Source: Podarcis bocagei
Lineage: Eukaryota
Length of the DNA stretch: 64,000 nucleotides
Assembly: GCA_964188305.1 (NCBI GenBank)
Contig: OZ076893.1
Reading direction: 5' to 3' (one strand)
The position numbers and the translations under genes were made by a program. Below, piece by piece: positions 24,968 to 36,837 of the stretch. Position 1 is the stretch's first letter; the number at the start of each line of letters is the position of its first letter. The notes beneath the pieces are model-generated. The model did no database searches and was not told where the DNA came from. It saw only the letters and a program-made list of their open reading frames with translations.

Positions 24968-26210
24968 GCGTGTGAAGACCCCCAAGACCTCCCAAATAAA
25001 GACACAGTTGACACCAATATTAGTTTAAGGTTATGGGCATAATTCTGGCCACAACTTTATTGATTACAGAATGTGAGTGGTTTGCTTAGGCATTGGTTCA
25101 ACTAGCTGCACCTACTCCTCTGGCAACTGGACACCGGCAGAAGTCAGTACGGGTAAACATCCTGGGGGAGCATTGGTCCTACCACAGATGCAACCTCACC
25201 CCAAATGATCCCAGGTGCTCTGGCATGGTCCTAACCCCTGGAAGGGGATCGGACAAAAGCATGGTGAGCACCTGGATTCCTTTAACGGAACACCCTATCG
25301 CACATTGGGAGGGGCAGGTATGACAACCTCCTCTCCACCACACCTTGAACCAATGCCTAACTGCCAAACCTTACAAAGTTGTGACGATTTGCTACGCGGC
25401 AAGCGAAACCCAAGTGGCAGCAGCCAATCAGCCAAATGGGGAAATTCCTACTGGGCCCCTGCCCCAAAGCAGATGACCCACGAAGGCATATCAACGTCAT
25501 AGCAAGACCCTAAATATAGGGAGGGTGCGCAGGTGATCTGATGCACGAGGCGCTAAAAGGTGTTACGATATAGAAGCAATGCGGCCGCGAGCAGCTGCTA
25601 GCATGAAAGCAAAACATGATGGGAATGTTGGGACTGTTCCGTGGGAACAGAGGGACAGTCTATTCACAGTGCAAAGCACCGGATTTAGCTCAGAGTGTAA
25701 TTTGAGCTGTACAGGAAGTACAGGAGGTGGAGTTTGTCTCTCTGCTGTTGGAGTTTGAAGAGAGCAGACGTGTTTCTTTGTAACGCTGCAAAGACAGAAA
25801 TAAAGGCATGTAAATACATTTCTGTCCATCTCTTTCCCCTGCCTGGGGGCAGGAAGAGTTGTGTGTTCTTCTCACGCTTGAGGAGGATTGCCGATTGTGA
25901 CCTAGCCTGGATCCTGCTCGGGAATGCAGACAGGGAGGTCAACAGGAGATCAAGCCGGGTGCCTGGAGAGTGGCCAGTTTCTCCTGAGAGGCAAGATTTC
26001 CTGACAAAAGAAGGCTTGGCGTAATGTGCGGCGATATAAATAGGTTCTTCAGCTGCTTATTCACACCAATCCATTGGCCGGAATTACCCCAGCAACCAAG
26101 GGATTCAGTCGGGTTGTTGTGGCGATCCAATCGCTCCCACCCACACAAAAGATGAGGTCAGTCTTAGTTATCTCACCGCAACACGTGCCCTCTGTAAAGA
26201 GGACACGATT
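24968..26210 (-). mobile_element. Unclassified LTR-like or DIRS/Ngaro-like repeat, copy 2, with nested LTR
   Basis: Shares the polyA-signal block with the 8.8 kb and 49 kb copies and the promoter-like block (~26033-26210) with 49567-49745 and 32160-32333. Confidence 0.6.
25626..25932 (+). mobile_element. Solo LTR, ~307 bp
   Basis: TGT...ACA termini, AATAAA at ~25799, flanks gggaa/gggag (5-bp TSD with one mismatch). Confidence 0.6.
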
Positions 26211-27250
26211 TGCCATTTAGTGGGGCCACAGATGACTTCTAACAATGCATAGCAAAAACCCTTCTTAAAGATTTTGTGGTGTCTGGGCTGTAAGATATCT
26301 TTGGACTTGCGCTCCTTTTCAAACATGTTTTGTAAGATGTTTGTGTGCCTTTTAAGATTCCAGAAGAAGAAGAAGAAGAAGACAACAATGCCTGTTTCAA
26401 AGATAGTATTCTGCTTCACAATCATGGCTATTCTGACTGTGAAAGGAAGGTAGGGATGATGCTAGAACAGTGTTTCCCAGTGTTGGGTATCCAGCTGTTT
26501 TTGCACTACAACTGCCATGATCCCTGGCTAGCAGGACCAGTGGTCAGGGATGATGGGAATTGTAGTCCAAAAGGAGTTGGAGACCCAAGTTTGGGAAACA
26601 CTAAGCTAAAGGAACGGTGGTGATGCTACCACCTAAGGCTTCAACTACATAATAGATTCCTGCATTCCTTAAGCCATGTTTTTCCTCTGGATGAAAAGCA
26701 CAAATCTGGTGCAGAACATACTCCAGACATCATCATGAACAAGTTGTCATCTTGCTTTCTATCCCATTACTTCTCCTTTTGACTCCTAAAGAGATATTCT
26801 CAAACTTAGACGTCAGGCAGAGCAGCAGGATGCCGCATGAAAGCATCTTCTCCTGTTTAAAGCATTGTCTGTACTTCTGCCTTAAATCAGAAATTTAAAG
26901 TCAAATATCTGAGAGCAATGTTTTGGTTGAAATGACTCCAGCGTTAAACAAGGAACAGAATGACTAAAGAGAGATTTAACCAGAGCCAGTTAATGATGTG
27001 GCTTTTTAAAAATGGGTTTTTATTCTTAAAGAGTTGTGCACAAAAGAAGCCTTTTAAAATACAGCACAACCCCCACGGTATGCTGTTCAAATGTATGCAT
27101 GCAGGATCCAAATATCCCAGAAGCTTCTGCACACAAAATGTTTTCTCCAAAAAACTTATTATTCTTGGAATAGGGGATTCCCCTGCTGTACCAACATAAC
27201 TTGCAGTTGCAAAAAGGGGTTTGCAAAAGTGCACGATGGTGGCTATTTCG

Positions 27251-27406
27251 TAGAATCACAAAATCACAGAATTGTAGAGTTGGAAGGGACTACAAGGGTC
27301 ATCTAATTCATCCCTCTGCAATTCAGGAAACTTTTGCCCAAAGTAGGGCTCAAACCCACAACCCTGAGATTACAAGTTTCATGCTTTATTGACTGAGCTA
27401 TCCCAG
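27251..27406 (-). mobile_element. tRNA-Lys-derived SINE with CR1 3' tail
   Basis: ~27337-27406 is the reverse complement of a decayed tRNA-Lys (tagctcagtc...agcatga...aatctcagggttgtgggtttgagcccta), directly followed by a CR1 3' end (gacccttgtagtcccttccaactctacaattctgtg). Confidence 0.75.
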
Positions 27407-29899
27407 AAAAAAAAAAGAAAGTCCAATAGTCTCACTGGTCATGCATGTCTGCTATAAGCCACCTATAGTATACCATGTACACTAAAAAACAAGAAACACA
27501 CAAAAAAACTCTTTTCTGTGGTGCAACTGGCATGGAAAGAATTGTTAAACATCTTTTTCATGCTGCCATCCTATGGCTTCTAAAAGAATTGAAGAGCAGT
27601 TGCTTTTCAAGTACCAAAAGTTAGTCATCCTAGCAAAGTTACTTAAATTATGCAGATTGAGTCCAAAGACAAAATAAAACCCAGTTGACACTTTGCTGAG
27701 GAAGCTGAACAAAAATAAGGTGTATAATCTGAGAAGAAATAAACAGAGAAGTTTTGACTTTCTTACTTCAGGCCTTGTACAGAGCAAGGAGACATTCACC
27801 CAAACATACAGAGGAAAAAATCTTCAGAACTACATTGCCAATCAGGGCACATGGTAACTCAGCATGGTTTAATGCCTCATGCATTGAACTGTTACGAAGA
27901 ACAACCTCATGGCTAGCTGACTGCGACACTAACAGAAATAATTCTTAATTTGCACAAGGAATGACCTCTGATGTTGTATTTCCAACAAGTCATCCTTTAA
28001 AACAGAAACATGACCTTGTTCCTAGGGCAGAAATGGCAACCCTGCTCTCTTCTCATAAAAAGCATGATTGACAAATATAAGATTGTGATGAGATAAATCA
28101 GTTCGTTTGTCAACCTGTTTTAATCAATCATTTGGGCTCTGCTAAATTGCAAAGAAAACTTCATCACTATTGTTGCCTCCTTGGAACCTGCACTAACCCT
28201 CAGAATTTGTTCTTAAGAATAAAGCTAGGAGATATATATATATATATATAGCTCTTCCTCTCCCCTGTAGTGCTTCACATATGTTAGCATAGCAATCCTC
28301 ACAGCCACCTTGCAAAACAGGCCAGGATAATTATTCCCATGTTACAGGTGAATCTAAAAAAAGACACAAATTAAACTCAGGAATAAAACAACATCAGCAC
28401 AAACACGGCCCGTGAAAGAACAGATGAGTTGTATTTTTCTTCCAATGAGTCAACAGGCAGCTATGCTTAAATAGATATTTCAGTAGGGAGAACATTCCTT
28501 AGCCTATTTCGCCTGGGTTGATGAACCTTCCTGCAGCTGTAACGATCTCTTTCATACTTCACAGCATTTTACAAGTGATAGTTCACCTGCTTTATATGAA
28601 ACAGTCCCACATTCAATCCTTGCTATCTCTAGTTTAAAAAACAACAACAAAAAACAGGTAGCAAGTGATGGGAAAGATCTTTGCCCAAAGCCCTGGAGAG
28701 CATCTTCCAGTCATGACAGATGGTACCAGAGGAGATGTCAAATAGCCTGACCAGGTATAAGGCAGCTACCTATGTCTCCTCTTTTAACACCCCTGTTCTT
28801 ACACCACAGTCAAGGGCCTGAGATCCATGTTATCTCACACACAGACACACAGACACATCCCTGCTGGTATTACAGATTGCTGCATGCTGTGTTCTGTTTA
28901 GCTTGCAACAGTTTCCCTGATGCTGATTCAAAAGCAGAGAGCATTTGTTCTTTTGAATGTAGATATACAAGAGATGGCTTATAATATGCAGGCAGTGGTT
29001 CAGGCTGAATCTCACCTGCTGCGGCTTTGCACCACATGAACAGTATAATGCCCATGTACAAGTATTTACGTCCTTCTTCCAAACAGCTAAAGGTTCTTGA
29101 AACTGGAAGAATGGCAATTTGTCCTTCAATGGCAATAATAGGAACAAACAAAGGCAGTGATTTGTTAGAGACGGTTAGAAGAACACAGAGGGTGTCTCTT
29201 GTAAATTAGGGGTGGGAAGATGGTGTTTCCCCAGAGAATTTTCTTAACAGATGAACACTCATACAGAGAGGCATTTTCTGAACAACACAGGTCACACACA
29301 GCTTTACTGACCTTTAAACAGCATCTCTCAAGATACACCAAAGCCAATGGTTCCCAGCCAAACTTAGTCGTTCTTAAAGTAGACCCACACTGTGAGGTGG
29401 GTGAGATTATCTGCTGGCGATCAGGCAATAGGTTTTTTCACCTGCCTTGCCCTACCCTCCAGCCCTAGGAGCCTTTCCCAGACCATGCTTTTGAGAACAG
29501 CAGCAGAAGCTGGGAAGAGAGAAGACGAATCCAGGGATATGTTTTAAAATAATTTTTAAAGTTGTGCATCCGTGTTTCTCAATTTGATCCTTTAACATGG
29601 TGCTTTCATGTTCTGTGGTATTTTATGCATTGTGACTTGCCATTATTATTTTTTATTATAGTTTAGTAATTCTAGTAATTGATAAGTGTAAACTGTTTAA
29701 TTATGATTTGCTGATATTTGATTTTGCTGTTTTCTATTCTATTCTAATGGGTCATTGAATATTGTTTTATTTGATATAAGTTGTTTATTTCAAAGTTATT
29801 GTGACTCTTATTTATTTATTTATGATTATTACTTTATCAAAATAAAAATAAATAAAAAAGAATGTATAAAATAAATAAACGTTATTGTGACTTTTTTCT

Positions 29900-30180
29900 T
29901 CAGGTATACTGCTCCGAGGCCATTTGGGGCTCTTTGAATTGTGCTTGGAATATAATTCAAAACAATTTAAAGCAACCTTTAAACCCCATCCCAATTAAAC
30001 AACAATTTTAGCACAAGGGAGCCGGCCCACACCCTTGCTCCACCCCCAGTATAGCACCTCCAAAGGGCAGTAGCAAGAACAGTAAATTCCCCAGACCATT
30101 GCATAATAGATGATGAGTGTTTATCTTTCCAGACTTGGAGGATAAGTCTCCTAGATACTACATAGATGGCCAACCCTCCA
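29900..30180 (-). mobile_element. Old L1-like ORF2 C-terminal fragment
   Basis: SRRLILQVWKDKHSSSIMQW resembles the L1 C-terminal motif seen at 17.4 kb. Confidence 0.35.
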
Positions 30181-30288
30181 TTGTTAGTTTGTTGTGTGCC
30201 TACTGTTGGTTTGCCATGCGCTTACTGCTAGGTTGCGCATAGCCATGCCACCCCAGTGAAATTCTTCTTACAAAATGTTATCTTAGAC

Positions 30289-30366
30289 CATAGCTGTCAA
30301 CTTTTCCCTTTTCTTGCGAGGGATAAGGGAATTCCCCTTAAAAAAGGGAAAACAATGACAGCTATG
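30289..30366. mobile_element. 78-bp hAT MITE
   Basis: TIRs CATAGCTGTCA / TGACAGCTATG; 8-bp TSD tcttagac/tcttaggc. Confidence 0.85.
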
Positions 30367-32149
30367 TCTTAGGCTAATGCACATTTACCGCTGTATGCAC
30401 GAGTTGTTTGTATGAGATCCACACATACCCCAGAAACACTACATTTATCGTCTGGCTTGTCCCCCCCCCCCCCATTTTTCCTAAGCTTTGTTCATGCAGC
30501 CTCCCAGTAGCTGGATCCATGTCCTCCCTGGATACTTTACAAATGAACTCAGTTCTGAAGACTTTTTCATGCGTTCATCTGTCAGTCACATCAGACACAT
30601 TGTGCCCAGGCACCATAATTAGTATTCTGCAGTGGGGACCCTACCTGTGCCTGGAATTACATCTATGCGGATCATGGCAGGGAGGAGGGTCTCCCAACAG
30701 ATCTTGCCATGACAGGCTGCACAAATCAATTTTCATTAATTCTGCCTCTTTAAATCTGTCTCCTCTTTTGGAAAGATTGTTATCTGCATCAGACAACTAT
30801 GGCAAGATAATTAACAAAAACACGGCAGGATGCTGATAGCGCCAGCAGCCAATTTACTTGGCAATGGTCTCTCTCTCACACACACACTCTTTTTTTATAA
30901 GTGAGCTGGGTTAGAAATAATACAACAGATCTTTGCGGAGTGACATCATGTATAAAATTCCAATACTAATCCAAAAATAATACCTTCTCAAATTTTAATT
31001 ATGTAGCGTCAAGGAAGGATTAATGACTCGGAGTTTCTGACAAACAACTTGAGCGTTACATGGCCCCAAAAATGTTCACCATAAGATTGACAGCTCAGAA
31101 TCAGTGTCTCAGGGCTGCTCTAAAGTTCTTGGGATGGGGGGGAGGGAGGCTGTAAGCTTATCAACCACTCTCTTTTGCACACTACTTGACATTCACTTCA
31201 AGCCATCCACTATATAACCCTGATTTCACAGAGGTAATGATGTCTCAGTTGCATGATGCAATTTCAGTTTCCATCAATGGCTGAGCCCGGAGAAACTGCA
31301 ATTCAGCCCGGCAATGACAATGCAATGTGTTGACATCACCAGTGATCTGGCATTTGTTTGACATATTCCATTAGCGCCTTAAGTAGTTAAGGCTTGTGTA
31401 ACAAGTGTATGCTCAGCAAACACAGGGCTTCTCTCTCCTCCAAGTTTTATATGTCTCAATCACAGCTCGGAAGGAAACAATTCCAATAATGTGACAAGGG
31501 GAAAAAAAGAAATCAATAGACATTTTAAGGGCGAGACCAAGTCAAGGGTTGCTTCTAGTGCTACATTTCCCCACTCACATTTAAAACTCTCCAGCTCTCG
31601 TAAAAACACTACTTCATTAATTGGATAGTGGGGGTTCAATGGAGCTGGGTTAAGTCATTCTGTTTGGCAAGAACTCCAAATGAATGTAGAACAAATAAGG
31701 ATTTTGTACTTGCAGTTCAGGTGTGCATAAACCACAAAGACGGTATTTGGGGTCTGTAGTGACCCCAAGGTTTAACCCCCATGAGATACTTTTTCTTAAC
31801 AGCTGCATCAACATAATACGGGCTATTAATTGAAAGGGTGTTTTATATATATATATAAAATCACTTGGGCAGTACATAAACTTCAAGACATTGGACTGGA
31901 AGGGTTTCTTTTCACCCCATTTCACTTTAAATGTGGTTTTACTGATCACTGTATCTTTAGTAAAAAAAAGTTCAAAAACCCCACAAAAAAAACAGAAAAG
32001 CCATACACACAATATAACAGCAAAGGGGCTGAAAGCCTGCAGAGTAATTTAACTCCTTATGGCAGGTCTTATTGTGGATCTCTTTCTTTCCTTCTCTCCT
32101 CCTCCTGTGCCTCTGCCATTTTTCTATCACCTTCTCCGTCTAACCCTCG

Positions 32150-32340
32150 TGCCTAGAAAAATCGTGTCCTCCCTAAAAGAGGGCATGTGTTGCAGTGAGA
32201 CCTGGAGACTGACCTCCCGGTTGTGGGTGGGTTTATTGGACAACCACAACATCTGATTGGTAGGTCCCTTGTTGCTGGGTTTAATCTGGCCAATGGGGTG
32301 CAGTCTAAATGGATCGAGGGACCTATATATACCTTTGCAC
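32150..32340 (+). mobile_element. Promoter-end fragment of the LTR/DIRS-like family
   Basis: Reverse complement of 49567-49745; contains ATTGG, CCAAT and TATATATA. Confidence 0.6.
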
Positions 32341-32540
32341 ATGAGTGCAGAAAGTACAAACACCATGGTTCATCTGCAGCAGCACAACCGGACACCTCCA
32401 TCTGCCCCAGCTGCAACAAAACATGTCTGTCCTGTGTTAGTCTTTACAGCCACAGCAGGCTCTGTAAACTTCCAACAGTGTGACTTCACCCCCAACGGCA
32501 CACTCCTTCATTGTCTCCCAAGACAGACGATGTAATAATA
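32341..32540 (+). mobile_element. 3' end of an RTE-clade LINE
   Basis: Encodes a C2H2-like tail ICPSCNKTCLSCVSLYSHSRLC, then a short UTR and (TAA)n. Confidence 0.65.
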
Positions 32541-33135
32541 AGAGACGGGGGGAGAACAAGACCTGCTCCCTGAGATGTTTAAAAAGGCCATAGGCCTGGC
32601 TGAGGAAATGTCTTCTAGTGTTTCCAGCTATGAAGGCAATAACAGAGCGAGCATGTTCCACATTGGTCATCTGCTCTGCTGAGCATCTTAAAGATCTTAG
32701 CAAGATCATCTGAGAGTTGGACTTGACTGCCTTCTCGTACTGCTACTTTAACCCAGAAGCATTTGATGTCACCGGACTCGGTGAAATCACTGAATTTTCC
32801 AGCATTTAAGACAGTGGTACAGAGAAAAGAGACTGAAAATGAAACAGGGGACATAAGAGAGTCATTTTCCTTCCTTTTTGGTCATTGGTATCACTGCCAC
32901 TGGAACATTGTAAGTGACATCACAGCAGCAATGAGGATTGGTAAGTAAGGATATCTAAGGATCCCAGTGGAAAGGAGTATGGAAACTGCCACAATTTGCA
33001 TGTTGCTCAAGGTCAGAAATGGAAATCATGCAAGTGAAAATCAATGGTATCCACTATTGTTACTTTAGCTCACAAATGTTACATAAATACATTATTTTCT
33101 GCATTGTTCTTGACATTCGCCTTCCACTGTAATTA

Positions 33136-33367
33136 CAGTGGTACCTCGGGTTACAAACACTTTGGGTTACAGACTCCACTAACCCTAACCCGGAAGTAGT
33201 ACCTTGGGTTAAGAACTTTACTTCAGGATGAGAACAGAAATTTTGCGGTGGCGCTGTGGCGGCAGCAGGAAGCCCCATTAGCTAAAGTGGTACCTCAGGT
33301 TAAGAATGGTTTCAGGTTAAGAACAGACCTCGGGAATGAATGAAGTACGTAACCAGAGGTACCACTG
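33136..33367 (+). mobile_element. Tc1/mariner MITE (CAGTGGTACCTC family)
   Basis: TIRs and TA flanks. Confidence 0.88.
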
Positions 33368-34378
33368 TATAATAATTATTTGCATTGGTTTGGGTTATAG
33401 CCGATAGTGAGATGAATAATGTAGGTTTAGAGGAAGGCAAGCTGCAGCAGAATGGAAACAGCACTGATTGCTGCAAGCTCAGGGTGAAACAGGATGTACA
33501 CATGGAAGCAGACTTTTGGACCCAGCCACTGACTTTCAAAAGGTAGCATAGGAAGAGGCCTGTTAACTACAGAATGGAATTATTCATATTTCCATCTAAT
33601 TTGTTGAGAAGTCACTCCACCTAATATTCTACTAATGGTCTCAGGACATAATCTGAAGGCCCAATATATAGCAACCTCACTGATCCTAAGCATGCTGGGG
33701 TGATGGGTGCCTATATAGGAGACTCCCCTGGTATCCTTGAAGAACAGCAGAATATAAAACAACAATCCAAGGACAACTCAATGAATTCTTGTAAAAAAAA
33801 CCCTTTCATCTGCAGGTTATGTCATTCAGCCATACATATATAGCTCACCCTGCTTTTCAATCACACTTCTTTTACTTGATTTTCCTCTACTGTGACATAT
33901 AAACAGATAGAAGCCAAGCTCATAAAAGAAAGTGAAATATGAAGCTTTCTAAGCCTTTGCATTTGTCTATTGTAAATAGCTGCCCATCTAAAGGAGCCAC
34001 CTCAGAAACTGGAGATATCAGAGAGAATAATGATCATGTTTACTTATCCATAGGTGTTTAATGCTTTTTGGCAGTTTCCCAGATGTGGAGGCATTGGTGA
34101 GTCGGAGGCTGAATTGCTCTTTGTTTTCATGACTGCTGCTGTGATTTTACAGAAAGGTGCCTGTGAGAGTCATTCTGATGATCAAAAGCAGGTTCTCAGG
34201 AGGAGAAAAAACAAAATGAAATGTCCTGCTTGTGGGAGTGGTATACTTGTGTGACCAGTTTAGGGGGGGGGGTGAGAAAGAAAGAAAAATCACACGTTGT
34301 GGTTCTTCTTCCGTGAAATGAAATGTTATGTTATTCATACAAGTGGACAACTTTTGGTGAGCAGCTTAATTTTTAAAA

Positions 34379-35505
34379 GCATCGCAAGGCCACGTAAAAG
34401 ATTACTGCTAGGAGGAACAAGCTGGACACTGAGCAGATGGCAATGATCAGTAGACATTGACATTGTCCACCAAAGGCTTTGAGCTTTCACCTGTCCTGGA
34501 AAGGGTGTCAGTCTTAACAGCCTGGGCACTTGCCACCAGTGACAAACTCAGTGTGGCTGTGGCCATGTGCTGGTCCTGGGAGGGGGAATACCGTGAGGCG
34601 TGGTCAGAGTCCGGTCCTGGGTCGAGGGTCTGGAGACTGTCCACCAAGGGCAAAGCGGGGTCCAAAGCAAGAAGCCGGGCGTGGTCGGGAACTCCGGAAA
34701 AACAGGTCTGGGTCTGGCAGCAACAGGTTTCCAAGGACGTTGCTCCCGCAACCTGGGACTGGGCTGACTTGCCTTTATCTCCTCTGGGGCCTAGGGTGGT
34801 CCCGGCCCACAGGTGACTCGCCTCTCCTGGCCTTAAGGTGAGCATTCCTCCTGAGAGAACTTAGTTCCCTCCACCTCTCTGCCCTGAGCCTCTGCAGGTC
34901 AGGAGAGGCTGGAGGTTTACTGGACCCAGAGGTTGCCTCACCTTCCCCTGACAGGGCTGGGAGAGGAGCACCTGCAGGCAATGGGTCCTCAACCACCCCC
35001 GGAGCCAGAGTGGATTCATCTGGTGTCTGCTCCTGAGGATCCGGCACAGGTGCGGGCCCTTCAGATTCAAGGGGACTCCTGTGCAGGCTGGGATTCCTCC
35101 GGTTCAGCCTCTGAATCAGATTCCCAGGCCATCACAGGCCATGAGTGAAGGTGTGCCGTGATCTTTCACCAACACAAGGAGAGTCTGTCTGCTTCTGCCC
35201 TCCACCTTATCCAGGGCACGTGTGGTACTGATCTCCCCACTGTATAGCCCCACACGCCAAGGGCCAGTGGTCAACTCACGCATCTCATATCGCAACCATG
35301 CATTGAACCCTGAGTCAGCATCCAAGGCACGGATCTTGCCCACCATGTGTCCAGACAATACAGGAGCCACTAGAACAATTGGAGTCTCTTCTGATGACGC
35401 AGCCACTGTAGGCGCATTGTCATTCTCATCCACCACAAATACCTGAACTGTAGTGTTGCCACACAAGGAGGGCAACCCGGCATCCTTGGCCCTCACTTGG
35501 AACTC
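34379..35505 (-). pseudogene. PCDHA: Alpha-protocadherin variable-exon fragment (end of EC5, EC6, TM), disrupted by a solo LTR and a frameshift
   Basis: 35505-35137 reads EFQVRAKDAGLPSLCGNTTVQVFVVDENDNAP...IRALDADSGFNAWLRYE...VGLYSGEISTTRALD...LLVLVKDHGTPSLMA. After removing the LTR it continues TATLSLSLV...LVDNVNVY, then after a 1-nt loss at ~34449 IIAICSVSSLFLLAVIFYVALRC. These match clustered alpha-protocadherin motifs. Confidence 0.9.
34566..35136. mobile_element. Solo LTR, 571 bp (Gypsy-like), inserted in the protocadherin fragment
   Basis: Termini TGTGCTGG...CCATCACA; perfect 5-bp TSD GGCCA (34561-34565, 35137-35141); its removal restores the frame KDHGTPSLMATATL. Confidence 0.9.
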
Positions 35506-35664
35506 CGGTATAATTATCGTAATGCCATTAAGGGGGAGTCTGAGTGAAATGTATCCTGCCATTGTAATAAGAAACCGAAAGCATAGGGTCTATGGCTTAT
35601 AGTTAGAAAAATGCTTCAGCATACCCTCCAACATTTCTCTGATGAAAATAGGGATGTCCTACTC

Positions 35665-35710
<46 letters not shown>

Positions 35711-35841
35711 TCTATTATTTATATGCCACCCATCTGGCTGTGTTACACCAGCCACTCTAGGTGACTTGCAACATATATAAAAACATGACAAAACATTAAA
35801 CGACTTTCCTATACAGATGTTTTCTAAAGGTTGTATAGTTA

Positions 35842-36837
35842 CCGTATTTTTTGCTCTATAGAATCATAGAATCATAGAGTTGGAAGAGACCACAAGGGCC
35901 ATCGAGTCCAACCCCCTGCCAAGCAGGAAACACCACCAGAGCACTCCTGACATATGGTTGTCAAGCCTCTGCTTAAAGACCTCCAAAGAAGGAGACTCCA
36001 CCACACTCCTTGGCAGCAAATTCCACTGTCAAACAGCTCTTACTGTCAGGAAGTTCTTCCTAATGTTTAGGTGGAATCTTCTTTCTTGTAGTTTGGATCC
36101 ATTGCTCCGTGTCCGCTTCTCTGGAGCAGCAGAAAACAACCTTTCTCCCTCCTCTATGTGACATCCTTTTATATATTTGAACATGGCTATCATATCACCC
36201 CTTAACCTCCTCTTCTCCGGGCTAAACATGCCCAGCTCCCTTAGCCGTTCCTCATAAGGCATCGTTTCCAGGCCTTTGACCATTTTGGTTGCCCTCCTCT
36301 GGACACGTTCCAGTTTGTCAGTGCCCTTCTTGAATTGTGGTGCCCAGAACTGGACACAGTACTCCAGGTGAGGTCTGACCAGAGCAGAATATAGGACGCA
36401 CCGGACCATAGGACGCACCGGCCCATAGCAGGGGGAGAACAGGGGGATATTTTTTTTCCCTTGTTCTCCCCCTCAAAAACAAGGTGCATTCAAGAGCAGG
36501 TCGGGGAACAGTGCAAAGGCTGCTCACAGCCTTGCCGCTGCCCCCCCCCCAGCTTGTGGGGCATGGCGGTGGGGGGAAGCACTGCTTTCCCCCACCGCCA
36601 ACCTCAAAGATTCCTGAAGCCTTTGGAGCGCAGCTGCACTCCAAAGGCTTGAGGCTTCGGGGACATCCTTTGTAGCCTCAGCAGGGCAGCAGGGTGCCTT
36701 CACCCCGCCACCCTGTGGAGGCTTTCCGCAGCCATCCCGAAGCTAGAACAGCTGCAGGCTGCTATCCACAAGCCTTCGGAGCCCGCGGGAGTTCCTGCCA
36801 GACTTGCGGATAGCTGCCCTAAGCCCGGGTTGCCCAG
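35842..36837 (+). mobile_element. Tc2/pogo-like non-autonomous element (left TIR only), hosting a CR1
   Basis: TA-CCGTATTTTTTGCTCTATA resembles 5829; resumes as ggacgcaccggaccataggacgcac after the CR1; GC-rich body; right TIR not visible, TA at 36838. Confidence 0.6.
35858..36391 (-). mobile_element. 5'-truncated CR1 LINE (RT C-terminus and 3' UTR)
   Basis: [18 protein letters not shown]...[16 protein letters not shown]...[16 protein letters not shown]...NFLTVRAV; (ATTCTATG)n terminal repeat. Confidence 0.95.

Noticed and set aside
27337-27406. Functional tRNA-Lys gene
   Set aside because: Anticodon arm and stems are mutated and it is fused to a CR1 tail, so it is treated as a SINE head.
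32560-32950. Possible exon(s) ending at GTAAGT donors (~32909, ~32941)
   Set aside because: No clear acceptor or recognisable protein; unsupported without transcript data.
35116-35562. 148-aa ORF as a functional protocadherin gene
   Set aside because: The first ~19 residues come from unrelated flank and the last few from the LTR; there is no signal peptide or EC1-4, and the TM segment is out of frame.
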